A stretch of 64,000 bases of DNA from Puccinia triticina (taxonomy: Eukaryota), in the NCBI GenBank assembly GCA_026914245.1, contig CP110440.1:3844001-3908000 (forward strand). The letters run 5' to 3'. Below the pieces are notes generated by a model, which did no database searches, was not told the origin of the DNA, and saw only the letters and a program-made list of their open reading frames with translations. The first letter of the stretch is position 1. Each line of letters begins with the position of its first letter. Shown piece after piece: positions 1-11,947 of the stretch. Made by a program: the position numbers and the translations under genes.

Positions 1-60
1 CTAGTACCACAGCCCGCCAACTGCAAAATACACGAAGCTTAAGTAGCGGAAATACGACAG

Positions 61-653
61 GACTGGTTTGTGCAATTCGAGCTTTACGGCGGGAAGAATT
101 CGGCGATAACTGCCGTTCGGCCAGATGAGACGGCCTTTGCCCAGCGTTCAATCTTGTTTACCATCCAGGTGAGGCGGTCTTCTCACCGTGTACAAGAAGC
201 ATGATCAGTCAATACTCATTGTCTTTTTTGGAAACCATCTTGACACTTAAGTTTTACTCCCGGTCCAGTAATTACTCTCCGCCCTATCCCGCCGAAGGCT
301 TCACTCTGCTGGACAGCATGGTGGACAGCATTGTGGCCAACAATCCGTCGGGGTGGGGATACGGGTCAGTGGTGCTCCTGCAAGTTTCCCGATCCGAGGT
401 ATTTGGGTGCTGACGAAGCTTCCCATAGGGCCTACGCCAATTATGTTGATGAGCGTCTTTCTCCCTCACAATGGAAATCTCAATACTACAACAACCAGTT
501 CAGTCTTCCCCCTCTTGCGTATGGTTGGATAGCTGATTTTGCATGCTGACCCCCTCAATCCACATTCTCCGTAGTTATGAACGTCTGACTCAAATCAAAG
601 GGGTCTATGACCCACAAAATGTATTTTCGTACCCCCAAAGTATCACAACGTAA
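61..653 (+). CDS. 3' exons of an FAD-linked oxidoreductase with a berberine-bridge-enzyme (BBE) C-terminal domain; partial, 5' part lies outside the window
   Basis: Exons 61-168, 252-~364, ~430-497 and 574-653, joined at GT-AG introns, read DWFVQFELYGG...TAFAQRSILFTIQFY...AYANYVDERL...YERLTQIKGVYDPQNVFSYPQSITT*. This fits the BBE signature (Y.NY.D...L..IK..YDP.NVF..PQSI). Confidence 0.85.
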
Positions 654-1590
654 GCCAGATTTGAGTATATGAACACACGTAAATATGTATCTATCATCCA
701 AATGGACTATGTACTATCCTGTGTGACCAAAAATATTCAAATGTCTCTGTGCAATGTCAGCAGAACACCTCCACCCAACAGTACCAGACGGAATGATTCC
801 AGTAAACTCAAGAACAACGTCTTTGGGATGCTGCTTTATCCATGCTTGTTTGTGATGCCGTCTCTGTTCTGGGGATGATAGCACCATGGTAAATATTTGT
901 TTGAATTTGGCTATTGTACTATTTAATTTCTGTGTATGTGAGCAGCATTTGTACAATTGAATTCAAGAGTCTCACTGACTCAATTCAGGAGACTGTGAAT
1001 TGATTGGGCCCACCCCCACATGTGAGAAGTAGTCAGTTGACATGAGTTGAGATGGAAGTTCTTTTTCTTTTCTCCTCCTGCGGGGTTTACAGTGCCCCCC
1101 ACGACTTCTCAACTACCCCGCACCTGCAAAAAAAAATTTGAACTTTGAACAATGTGTTCAAAGTCACCAGACATGTATCACATGTAGACTATACATTTTT
1201 GAGCCCTGCAGACGTAGGAGAACTCAAAAATATAACTTTGAAGTCTATGCAATGCCTCAAAAAAAAGTTTAATTTTTTTCAGATGCAAAATTTGGAACAG
1301 CTGGTTTTAAGACCATAGTATGTGGTTACAGACATGTACTATGGACTTATAGAATATTTATTATGTATTTAGAGATTAAATTATCTATGTACATACATGC
1401 TACAGGTGTAGGTATTTATGTGAATACAAGGGGAAGCCCCCAAATTTGGGGTTCCAGAGGGTGTTAAAGTTATAGGGGTTTGTAAATCACAGGAGGTGAA
1501 AGGCAAAAGGGTAATGTGACAGCTCATAGGAAACGGATTAAATTTTTCAAAACTTTGATGTTGCAATTCCTGGGTGACTGTCTGCATAAC

Positions 1591-1690
1591 AGAAACCAAA
1601 ATTAGTGCAAACTGGTGAAATAAATTCAAGTTTTTTGAAGAAACCAAAATTAGTGCAAACTGGTGAAATAAATTCAAGTTTTTTGAAGAA
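1591..1690. repeat. Tandem duplication, 48 bp x2
   Basis: AGAAACCAAAATTAGTGCAAACTGGTGAAATAAATTCAAGTTTTTTGA is repeated directly. Confidence 0.85.
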
Positions 1691-1777
1691 GAAACAAAAT
1701 TTGTGCTGGAAAGACAATTGTTGGGGAAATATTGATGAGGGAAATTCATAAACTCTGAACATGAGAAGAAATTGATT

Positions 1778-3700
1778 TCAAATGCGCTTTAAAGGCAGTC
1801 CAGACTTGTCTGGGTCAGATAAGAAAGGAATGTGAGGGATAGCTACAGAATCATTAACTCTGTTACCTGATATGACTCTTGCGTGAATCACATTTGGACC
1901 CAAGTTTTCCACAATCAACCTGGTTCCATTACAAAGTCCCATTGTCCAATCAAGGTTCCTGAGCATTATTATTGGCACTCCACATTTCAGTTGAAGAATA
2001 TGAGGTGGGGACCCTGAGATGTTCAACCCTTTGATATACTCTTGCAAATATAGGTTTTGGGGATCATCTTGCACAGAATCAAAGCTTGTGTAAGCTCTTC
2101 CCTGAGATGGAATGGATTCTAGAATTCTAGAGTTGATTTGTTTTAAATAAATATTCTTGCAGTCTTATGAGATGATTCAAATTTTGCTCCTGAGAACCCC
2201 CATGAATGACCATAGAAGTAGGTGGGTTGATTTTGCTGTTTTATTGAGTGATACCTTCACATCTCCAATGGATAAAAGAAAATTCTGAAATTGAAGATCA
2301 CCTGATGCACACATATTGGCTGGAAGTTAGATGATATTTTGTTGAAATTATCTCCAGCAGTAAGAGTTGACAATGCTTGCATCAAAAATCTGGGGACATG
2401 TTCCCTTCCACACCACTGGTAAAACCTGATGTAAATAACCTCCAAGTACAATTACCCTGCCACCAAAGGGTTGATCTGAATCCATCAAGTATTGGAGTAA
2501 TCTGTCTCAGTGTTTACCAATTCAAGGGCATTTCTATGTGTCATTGGGGCTTCATCCCAAATGATAAGCTTTGATTGCCTCAACACATCAGCCTTTTGAG
2601 AATGTTTTGTGATTGAATAAACTGAATTTTGCAGAAGCTTTTGAGGAATTCCAAAATTCAACTGAGCAGTCCTGCCGTATTGCATTTTCATAGCTGCAAT
2701 TCCTGTGGGTTCAGAGAGAATACAAATTAAGATGGTATGGTTGGGAAAATGAGAGCTCACCACTTCCTGCACCTGTGATAGCAACTATTTGGGTTGATCT
2801 GAAATTTTCCAGTAAGCAGTTGTATCAGAAGGTCTTTCCAGATCCCCCTGGACCATCATTAAAGAAGCAAGCAGGTTGTTCTGAATAACATGCATTGATG
2901 ATCTGATCAAAGGCTGATCTCTGCTGATTATTCAAATGATTTGCATTGTCAATTTGAGATATCCACATGTTGAAGACCATTTTGTAAAAGGATTGGATTG
3001 ATCAATTCAATCATCTGATTTGTCATGAGTGCATCATCTTGAAATTCCTGATGGATCTCCAGTCTTCAGTCATGTAAGGAAGAATTCCATAAACACAGAG
3101 GGTATGAAGGTTGAAATGTTGCTATAAGTATGCCAAATAAATTTTGCAAATAAGTTGGCATCATTGTTTCATTTGCTTCAGCCATTGTGGCTTTCAAATA
3201 ATGATCATTTTCCAACAGACCCTGGGCCAAAGAAGCTGAACAAAAACTGTTATAAATTTATCTTCAAAATTTACAAAGATCCTCAAGAGAGGTTGCACCA
3301 GTGACATGATTGAGTATTAGCCGTAAATGCCATCTTTCTGAATCAGAAGGATAAACTGCAGAAATTCTACCAATTCAAAAACCCCTCTGCCTTGGCTTCC
3401 ATTCTTTGCTTGTGGGGTGCCATGTATAGTACTGGACGTCAAAACAAATTATAGAGAGATAAGTTGCAGATGGTTTGCAAGAGAAAATCCTCCAGCATGC
3501 TTCTGGAGCTGCTACCCATCAAGAATTTCTGAATCTAGTCACCCCATCAATATCTTCTTCAACATCCAAGGCTGATTTATCAGAATATTTGTACAGGTAT
3601 TTGACTGCACAAATTTCTACATTGATGTGACAGTGAAATTTGGCAGATAAGTATGAATTGGAGGGCATGACCCAGCAGTTGTCAATGATAAAGTGGTTAT
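1778..3700 (-). pseudogene. Degenerate Helitron Rep/PIF1-like helicase
   Basis: Fragments read DNCWVMPSNSYLSAKFHCHINVEIC..AVKYLYKY (Rep region), Walker A DGPGGSGKTF (~2829-2857), LIIWDEAPM (Walker B) and PPHILQLKCGVPIIMLRNLD..GLCNGTRL. Many stops and frameshifts. Confidence 0.9.
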
Positions 3701-3965
3701 TTCCTCTTGAGATTTTTGGTTCATTGTAAATTATCCTGTAAAACTGGTAAGAATTTTCATTCATTAGAATTTCAGAGGTGTTGATTTTGGGATTGTTGTT
3801 GTGGGTGTTGTTGAAATTCCATTTGATTTGGTTTTCTTGCATAATGTTTGGGAAAATGAAAATCTGGATTAGAAAACCCTCTTGAAAATTGTTGTGATGG
3901 AATGGGAAAATGAAAATCAGGGTTATAAACCCTTCTTGAAGTGTGTTGTGATGGTATGTATTCTC

Positions 3966-4045
3966 TAAAGTGGCTGGTCTGATGATTACCAAAGTGGCTG
4001 GTCTGTTGATTATCAAAGTGGCGGGTCTGTTGATTACCAAAGTTG
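3966..4045. repeat. 24-bp minisatellite, about 3 units
   Basis: AAAGTGGCTGGTCTG(A/T)TGATTA(C/T)C units. Confidence 0.75.
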
Positions 4046-4885
4046 TTGTCAAAAATTGATCCTGTCCTGGTAGTTTTGTGTACATGAAGATTATTGAGAT
4101 CATTATAAATATGGGAAATATTGTTAAACCACCTCTTTTTTGGTATTGTGAAAAGAAAATGAAGGGTAAGAAGATGCTGCAAAATGATGTTGTGTTTCTC
4201 TGAATCTAGCTTGCTGTTCCGCAGCATAATCTCTTCTCAATTGTTCATTTTATTGTTGCATTTTTGCGATGAAAAAAGCAAAGGATTATAATCAGAACAG
4301 GGAAGTTAATTGAGGTGTGATGAGGAGAATAGTAGTGGGTGGTGTCTGATGAGTGGATTGGTTGGGGGGAACTAACAGCACATTGTGTTGATTTTTTTGT
4401 TTATATAGTGTGTTAAATTGAAGGTTCAGATGGGTACAATCAGCCATTTTCAAGGTTATAGATGTGTAACCAAGTCTGATGAAGCTGATTGCTTCAACAG
4501 ACTTAGTTGTTGGTGTGAAGCCAAGTCTGATGAAGCAGAATTTTTGTGGAAGTGGTTATCAATGACATTGAAGACAATTACCCAGGTGTGGATATCTGTC
4601 CAAGCAATCTGCACATCCCCAAGGGAACACTGAACAGAGTCAAAGCAAGTCCGTTGAACGGAGTCCAGGGATGGAGTATAAATTTATGGGGTCCTTCCAG
4701 CAGACTTGGAGTTGTCCACTCAGTCTTGATGGCCGCAGTCCTCCAGAGAGCGCAAGTATGCCTTGCTGAGGAGGTGTGAAGCGGCTCCAACTTCCTTCGC
4801 CCAATGGCTGGTATACACCCAACAATCTGCTTGAATGGACTGGGTTATAGATGTCTCACCCTGTCTGTTCAAGCAAAAAGAAAAT

Positions 4886-5032
4886 TGACACCGGCGTTAC
4901 ATGCATACTGACACCCGCGTTACTTGCATAGACAGATTTTGTACAGGATATCAACGCCGGCGTTACTTGCATAGACAGATTTTGTATGGGTTTGTTTGGC
5001 CCCCAGACCCTATTCCTTTAGTTATATGTAGA
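4886..5032 (-). mobile_element. Helitron 5' terminus, copy 1
   Basis: Minus strand starts A|TCTACATATAACTAAAGG (A|TC junction), oriented toward the helicase remnant. Closely similar to 8474-8621. Confidence 0.6.
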
Positions 5033-6324
5033 TAATGAGGATTGATAAGACCCCTTTGTATGGCAGCCTTGCTTTGTGCATTTTGAAAAGAAAATGAAAG
5101 GGAAGAAAATGCTGCAACAGATCATTTCCTTTCTCTGAATGTACTTTGCCATTATGCTGCATAAGCTCTTCTCAAATTTTCAATGGATTTTTGCATTTTT
5201 GCAATGAAAAATGAAAAGATTTGAGAATCAGAATAGGGAATTTAATTGAGGTGTGAATTGATGAGTGGGACAGTATACTCATCAAAGTGGGTGGTGTCTG
5301 ATGGTCAGTTGTTGGAGTGTATGTAGCCAAGCCTGATAAAGCAGATTGCTTCAACAGACTCAGTTGTTGGGGTGCAGCTGAGTCTGATGAAGCAGATTTG
5401 TAACAGAAGTGGTTATCAATGTGTTCACTTTTACCGGTGACACATCTGGAAGCAAGTCCGTTCAAGCATCCGGTGCTGAACGGAGTCTCTTACACCAGGG
5501 AAGAAAGTGAGTGCCAGACCGTAATTTTTGTCTTGAAGTCTGCCAGATATGAGCCATTTCCCCAAGTGCAAATGAGTTGTGGGTTGGCCATGTGTTTATA
5601 CTCAACTAATACTGATCTTATCTGTATCAAATCTTGTTGGATTTGGTGAGTTAGACTTGTATAATGGCTTTCTCCACTCCACCGCCATTACACACACATA
5701 TTCTCCACTGACTGGTGTGTACCGGCCAGGAATTTGAGACAACCTCCAATTGATTACTGTGTTGCATGGCCATCAAGTGGAGAAAACCTCCGTGTAATGA
5801 CTGGTTTAGATGGCCATCAGGTGGAGTGATTCCCAACTCCATGATGCTGTGTAATGGCCATGAAGTGCATCCATCCTCCAGTTGATGAACATGTATCCCA
5901 GCATTTGAGCAGAGACATCCTTCACCCAATGACTGTTGTGTATGGCCATTGAGTCAATGGATTCTCATATCAAAAACTGGTGTATACTGGCCATTGAGTG
6001 GAGATGTCCTCCACTTGATTACACATTAATGGGCTTTGAAACACCCAGCTAAATGACCAGTACATGATTTTCATCAAGCAGGGACTTTCTCATATTGAAG
6101 AACCAGGAAGAATTATATATTGCGCTGGGGAAGTCCCGGATCAATGCTCAGTACATGCTGATGCTGGCCATCCAGCTGGGCTTTGGAGAGCTAGGTGGCC
6201 ATTATATACTGCCTCGCGAGCTTGGGAAGGCCTGCTCAATGACCAGTATGTGCTGTTCATCGGGCTAGGGCCTCTATGTGATGACCATCAGGTACTGGTC
6301 ATTGGATTTGGGTTTGGCGAGGCT

Positions 6325-6562
6325 GCAGATTGATGTCCACTGCAATTGTCCACCATAACGTACGGCCGAGCCTTGCGGTGGACAAATTACAGGGGTCCCC
6401 GAGTCGGGGGAGCCCTATTGCGATGACCAGCACTTATTTGGCTTCGGGGACGCAGCAGATTAATGTACACTGCACTTGTCCACCGTAACGTACGGCCGAA
6501 CGATGCGGTGGACAAATGAAAGGGGTCCCCGAGTCAGGGGAGCTCTATTGTGATGACCAGCA
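6325..6562. repeat. Tandem duplication of ~129 bp with an internal hairpin
   Basis: Two copies of GCAGATT..TTGTCCACC..AACGTACGGCCG..GGTGGACAA..GGGGTCCCCGAGTC..GATGACCAGCA. Confidence 0.7.
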
Positions 6563-8473
6563 AGTACTGATCATCGCGCCAGCATTTCTGATCTTTTGAG
6601 GCAGTACACACTGCCCGTCAAGCTCAGAAAAGCTCAAATGGATGGCCAGCATGTGGTGGCCATTGAGAGGCAAATTTTCCAGCGCGATGAACAGCACCCA
6701 CTGTTCACATTGAGTCTGGGTAAATGTGTGATATTTTTGGAAATTTCCACCCCAACATTCGCCCAAACATGAGCGTGGACATTAAAACAGAAAAAAAACC
6801 CTCACCTGGGAAACAGGGGGATGCTAAGCCAATCTGTGTTTCCCCACGCGTCCATAGTTCAATTGTGCCAACCTTCAAACCCACATACACAAATTGTTTC
6901 AACACTTTTCCTCGCAAATTTTGTGGCACTCCTGCTGGCCCATGACCAATCATTTTGAGTGGTCTGGATACAGCCTGACCGCAGTGCAGAAGTCTCAACT
7001 GACAGCAGGTGCTACATCAGCACCATGTTATGAGAGAAATCAACACCATGTTGTTGCATCATAGACATGGATACCTGTGATGAAATAATGCTACACCAAA
7101 GAAAATTAATGGAAAATGGTTGGTGAAGAAAAGATACAAGATGATCAATCTACAAGACAAATGGTTCTAACCACACTGGGATATGCATGGGGATTTAAGC
7201 ATTTATTGGATGACTTCCTGTCAAGATCTGCGGGTCTCCCAGAAGTGATCTAGAGCCCAAAAATCTAGACGCTCCTGCAAAAATTCAGAACTTTTGGGTC
7301 TAACTCAAAAGCTGTGAAGGTTCCAGATGTGACAGGAAGTCCTCCACTGTTCACTTTTGAGTTCTAAGACCAGCTGTTGAATTATTTTTCCAGCTTGTTC
7401 CAGAAGCAAGGGAATATTAATGCACCTGTTAATGTCCACCAATCTACCCCTTTTCCCTTCAGAAGCTTTATTTAGGATTCTAGACAACATTTTTTGGTCA
7501 GTTGTAGTTAAATTTACAAAATTGTACAATTTTTAGTCATTTACTAGGCAAGATGCATATTCCAAAATGAACAGCTATTGGCACTGAAAAATTACAAAAT
7601 TATGTTTCATCCCTTGGTAAAAATGGTAGGGAAAACTGAATCCGCTATTTTCACATTTAATATTGCTTGGAGTACAATTGCATATGAAACAGGTCTTCTT
7701 AGCTTTGGTGCGGTAAGGGTTTGATACTTGAAGAACAGAAATATTATGTCAAACCACTTTCCTCCCAATTTGATATGGGAATTGACATGTCAGAAATATG
7801 CCACAAGGATTCATCCACCAGTGTGCAGATCCTCTGAATTTGCTATATCTCACAAGTATGTTCCATAATGTGATTTTATGTGTGTTTTGAATGAAAAAAT
7901 CTGCAATTCAAAAAAATACCTGGCAGTTGGCTAAGGATATGTTTGAGGATAAAGATTCATACATTCTTGGCAAAGTTTGTGTGCAATGAAGATCACTTCT
8001 GCAATTGTAATAATGATGAAACAAACACAAAACTTCAGCAGAGAGATGCTTGTGGGTTGGCATTGAGTTATAGATCATTTCACAAACACTTGACCTACAG
8101 TTACACTGGTATTGGGAAGAAAGTGAACAAATAATTAAATTTAACATTGAACTCACATCAGACTAACTTACATACAAAATTACGGCCTGGCACTCTCTAG
8201 AGAGTGCAACACTTTCTTCCCTGGTGTTACAGACATGCAGTACGGATGGGTTGAACGGATTCTGTTAAACTTACAGGCACGCCGTACAAAGTTGTGGGCG
8301 TGCCGCGTTGCCATCCCGTTCCAGAAGACTGGCACACATATTTCAGAGACACAAAGCTGGCTGCTGAGCCTTGAGGGAGTCCGTTCAAGCAGTCTGATTT
8401 GAACTCCAATGGTGATGTCTCACCCAAAGCTGCTTGAACCTGCTTGAACGGACTCCTTAATACAAAAAGAGCT

Positions 8474-8621
8474 TTGACGCCGGCGTTACATGCATACCAA
8501 CGCCGGCGTTACTTGCATGACATAAATTTGTACAGGATATCGACGCCGGCGTTACTCGCATGACAGATAACTGTACAGGTTTGTTTGGCCCCCAGAGGCT
8601 ATTCCTTTAGTTATATGTAGA
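8474..8621 (-). mobile_element. Helitron 5' terminus, copy 2
   Basis: Same A|TCTACATATAACTAAAGG start and CCGGCGTTAC subterminal repeats as 4886-5032. Confidence 0.6.
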
Positions 8622-9241
8622 TGTAGATGTACCTCCTTAGTTATTGATGATTGCCATATCCATCAGTACACTCTTTGGAATGTGGCAATGTGAAGAATAT
8701 TTCTTCATTGCTCTCTTGGCAGCGAGTCCAGTGAAATTTCAATGACTTTGGACTATTATCATGCATGTTACCAGGTCTGGTTGGTGAAATGTGACATTTG
8801 CATCAAAAAATGGGCCAAAAAGAGCCCAGCATCAGCCCACTTTTAAAAGAACTTTTGGAAAAAAAATCTCGGAACCCCCCTGTAGGGGTAGTTGAGAAGT
8901 CGTGGGGGGCACTGTATTGCCAGGGGGTGAGTTGATGTGCTCCGAAGCCCGCTGTGCAGCCTGCCTGCACCCCTAGCGCCCCGGGGCGGCTGCGGACGAG
9001 ACACTACTTGGCACAGCCCGGCCGGGCAGCGGGATCCAAGGAGGAGGATGATGTGGGAGTTGCGGGATGCCGATGGGCTCTGGTTTGAACTTTGGTGTCA
9101 GTGGGTTGGTGCATTGACTGCACAGAATCAGACGGCTGTCAGTGCCACGCTATTTTTATTTTATTTTATTTTTTGCTTTCTTCACTTTCCCATCCTCCTC
9201 CGATTCCTGCCTTTCCCGCCGACAGCCGAGCCGCCGCCGCC

Positions 9242-11947
9242 ATGCAGGCCCTCCAGAACATCCTCCACCGCTCCAGGGAACACTCCGCCGGCCAGCCCTC
9301 CGAGCCCCCGCCGAAGACACTCAAGCCACCGATGCCCGCCCACGCCCTCGCCGCCGAAGCCTCCTCAGACGCCTCCTCCTCCTCCTCCTCCCACAATACC
9401 CTCCACGCCGTCAAGGTCGTCTGCCGCCTCAGACCCCGTCTGCCCGACGAATCCACCGCCGACCAGTCCGTCGTCCAGGTCCTCAACAACACCCAGATCA
9501 GGATCACCGGTCAGTCCTCATACCACCCACCACCCTGTAAACCCTCTGCTGACCGCCGCCCCTGCAGACCCTCTGAAACATCTCGTCAACCGCTTCGATT
9601 TCTCCGCTTGTTACGACGAAAAGAGCGGCCAACATGACATTTACGCCGGCCAAGTACAGGACATGGTCAACAAAATCTTCGAGGGCATAGTCAGTCACCC
9701 ATCCGCTGTTGCCCACATCAAGAGACTGACGATCCTTTTTGTAAACATACAGACTGCGACAATCTTCACGTTGGTCAATTAGAAACTTCCTTGTTCCTCT
9801 GCCGACAAGGATTGCTGATATGATTCCTGAACATGGTGCGCATCCCCTCAAGTTTCGGATGCACGGGATCGGGGAAGACACACACACTGCAGGGCTCGGC
9901 GAGCGACCCGGGGATCACGCCACGCGCGGTGCGGACGATCTTCGAGCGGGTGGAAGCGCTGAAGACGAGTGCGGGGAGCGGGACGGGGAGCTACCAGGTC
10001 TCGATCTCGTGCTTCGAGATCTGGAAGGACAAGGTCTGGGACCTGCTGGTCCAGGGCGGCACGGCGACGACCCGGGATGTCGGCCGGGGAGACCTGCCGA
10101 TCCGCGAAGCCGCCAACGGCCAGATCTTCATCCCCCATCTCCGCCACGTCACCATCAAGAGCATCCCCCAGTTCGAGAAACTCTACGCCCAGGTCATGCG
10201 CTTCCGCTCCGTCTCCAGCACCAAACTCAACCACACCTCCTCCCGCTCCCACGCCATCCTCTCCATCCATGTCGACCATCTCCCCCCCGACGGCGCCCCC
10301 CCAACCCATCTCGGTAAATGCGTCCTCATCGACTTGGCCGGCAGCGAAAACAACAAGAAAACGGGCAACGAAAACAACAAAGAGCGCATGAAGGAATCCG
10401 TGGAGATCAACCAGAGCTTACTGGCCCTGCGCAAGGTCGTCCGGTCCCTGAACACGGGCGACGTGAGCTCCTCTGTTCAAAATCTCCAAGCGCGAACATG
10501 CTGTTGATTGACCTCGCTTTGGTTGCAGCATCGGATTCCGTATCGGGATTCCAAGCTAACGAGGATCCTGAGCGATAGTCTGGGAGGCACGTCTGCCGGC
10601 CTAGTGATCTGCAACATCGCCCCGGTGGCCTCACAGTACCGAGACACGATCAAGTCAGTCTTTTGCCCCCGCTCCCCGTGCTCCTGCTTTTCCTTATTGA
10701 CCATGGCTTGTTTTGCATATTACAGCACCTTGACCTTTGGCAGCCACTCGCGAAACGTGGAGAATAAAGTGGCCCACCAGGCGCTTGAAGCCCGTAAGCA
10801 CAAATCCAGGTTTTCTTTTCAAGAGACATGCCCGACCAAGCAGCAGAGAAAGCTTACAAGCGGAGTGATGGGCGATCATCCAGTAGACCGGAAGTTCCTG
10901 CTGCCCTCGATCTCGCTCTACCAACACCACTCGAAATCCGTCCCGAGTCTATCGTCCACGCAGCCGAGCACGACGGAGCCGATCCGGAGCCCGATCAAGC
11001 TGACATGGGCGCGGCGGCCGTCGGTGGATGCGTTTTCGAAGCTGCCGTTCCCGCACACGCCCTCGAAGCCTTCCTCGAAGACGCCGAGCGGGAATGCGGG
11101 GGTTGGGGCGGTGAACAGTCTGAGCGTGCGGACGCGCAAGCTGTCCGGCTGCTTCGCCTCGCCCGCCAAGCCCGCCTCCACCCCGCGCAAACTTAGCTTC
11201 AGACCCGCCCAGCCGCCCGGCCTCCCCGCCCACTCGCCCCCCGCCGCCGCGTCGACGCCTGAGCGCGCCCTCCTGCTCGACGCCGACCTCGACAAACGCG
11301 TCGAGGAAGCCATGCGGAAGAACCTCGACTCGATCGTCCAGAGCCGCGTCGACATCCTCCTCCAAGCAAAGCTCAACGAGTCCGTCTCTCCCTCCCCTCC
11401 CCTCCACACACACACACAAACACTCACCACTAAGTACCTTCGTTTTGGCAGGACGAGTCTGGCCTCCGCTCGCCCGCTCCTCGACGCTTCCACCCTCTGC
11501 GACAGCCCGGGCCCCGCCGCCGGCTCGCCGACGACAACCCTCCAAGGCCCCCATCCGCCCTACCACAAGCCCGAGGATGGCGACGGCCTGGAAGAGCGGA
11601 TCTGCCATCTCGAGCAACAGTTGTCAGTCATTCCTGCTCCCCCCCTGACCCCCCCCCCCCCCCACGCGATGCACGTCTGGATGGAGGAGAAGCTGACTGT
11701 GGGCTGTTTCGCCCGCCCCGTCTTCGGTTGGCATAGGCAGCGTGAGCATCAGCAACTTACTCCAGTCCGTCTCCACCTCTTCCCGCCCGAAATCCGAAAC
11801 CAAAATCCCGCGCCCGTCGGTCCAGTAGCCCGTCGTGTCCCCGGCCCCTTCTTCCCGGCCCCCGTACGTCCGCCTGCCCGCCTTCGGCCTCCTACTCGCA
11901 CACTCATCCCCTTCTGTTTTGGCCAGGGCTTGGTCGAGGCGTGCTGA
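9242..11947 (+). CDS. Kinesin motor protein, kinesin-10/KIF22(Kid)-like; multi-exon, 3' end approximate
   Basis: VKVVCRLRP; FDFSACYD; P-loop GCTGSGKTHT; switch I NHTSSRSH; switch II DLAGSENNKKTGN; INQSLLALRKV; IPYRDSKLTRILSDSLGG. GT-AG introns lie between these blocks. Confidence 0.9.

Larger units (their letters stand above)
1090..8914. mobile_element. TA-flanked TIR element (Tc1/mariner-type ends), 7.8 kb, with Helitron-derived and other internal content
   Basis: Perfect 30-bp inverted repeats: CAGTGCCCCCCACGACTTCTCAACTACCCC (1090-1119) and its reverse complement (8885-8914). Each is flanked by TA (1088-1089, 8915-8916). Confidence 0.75.
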
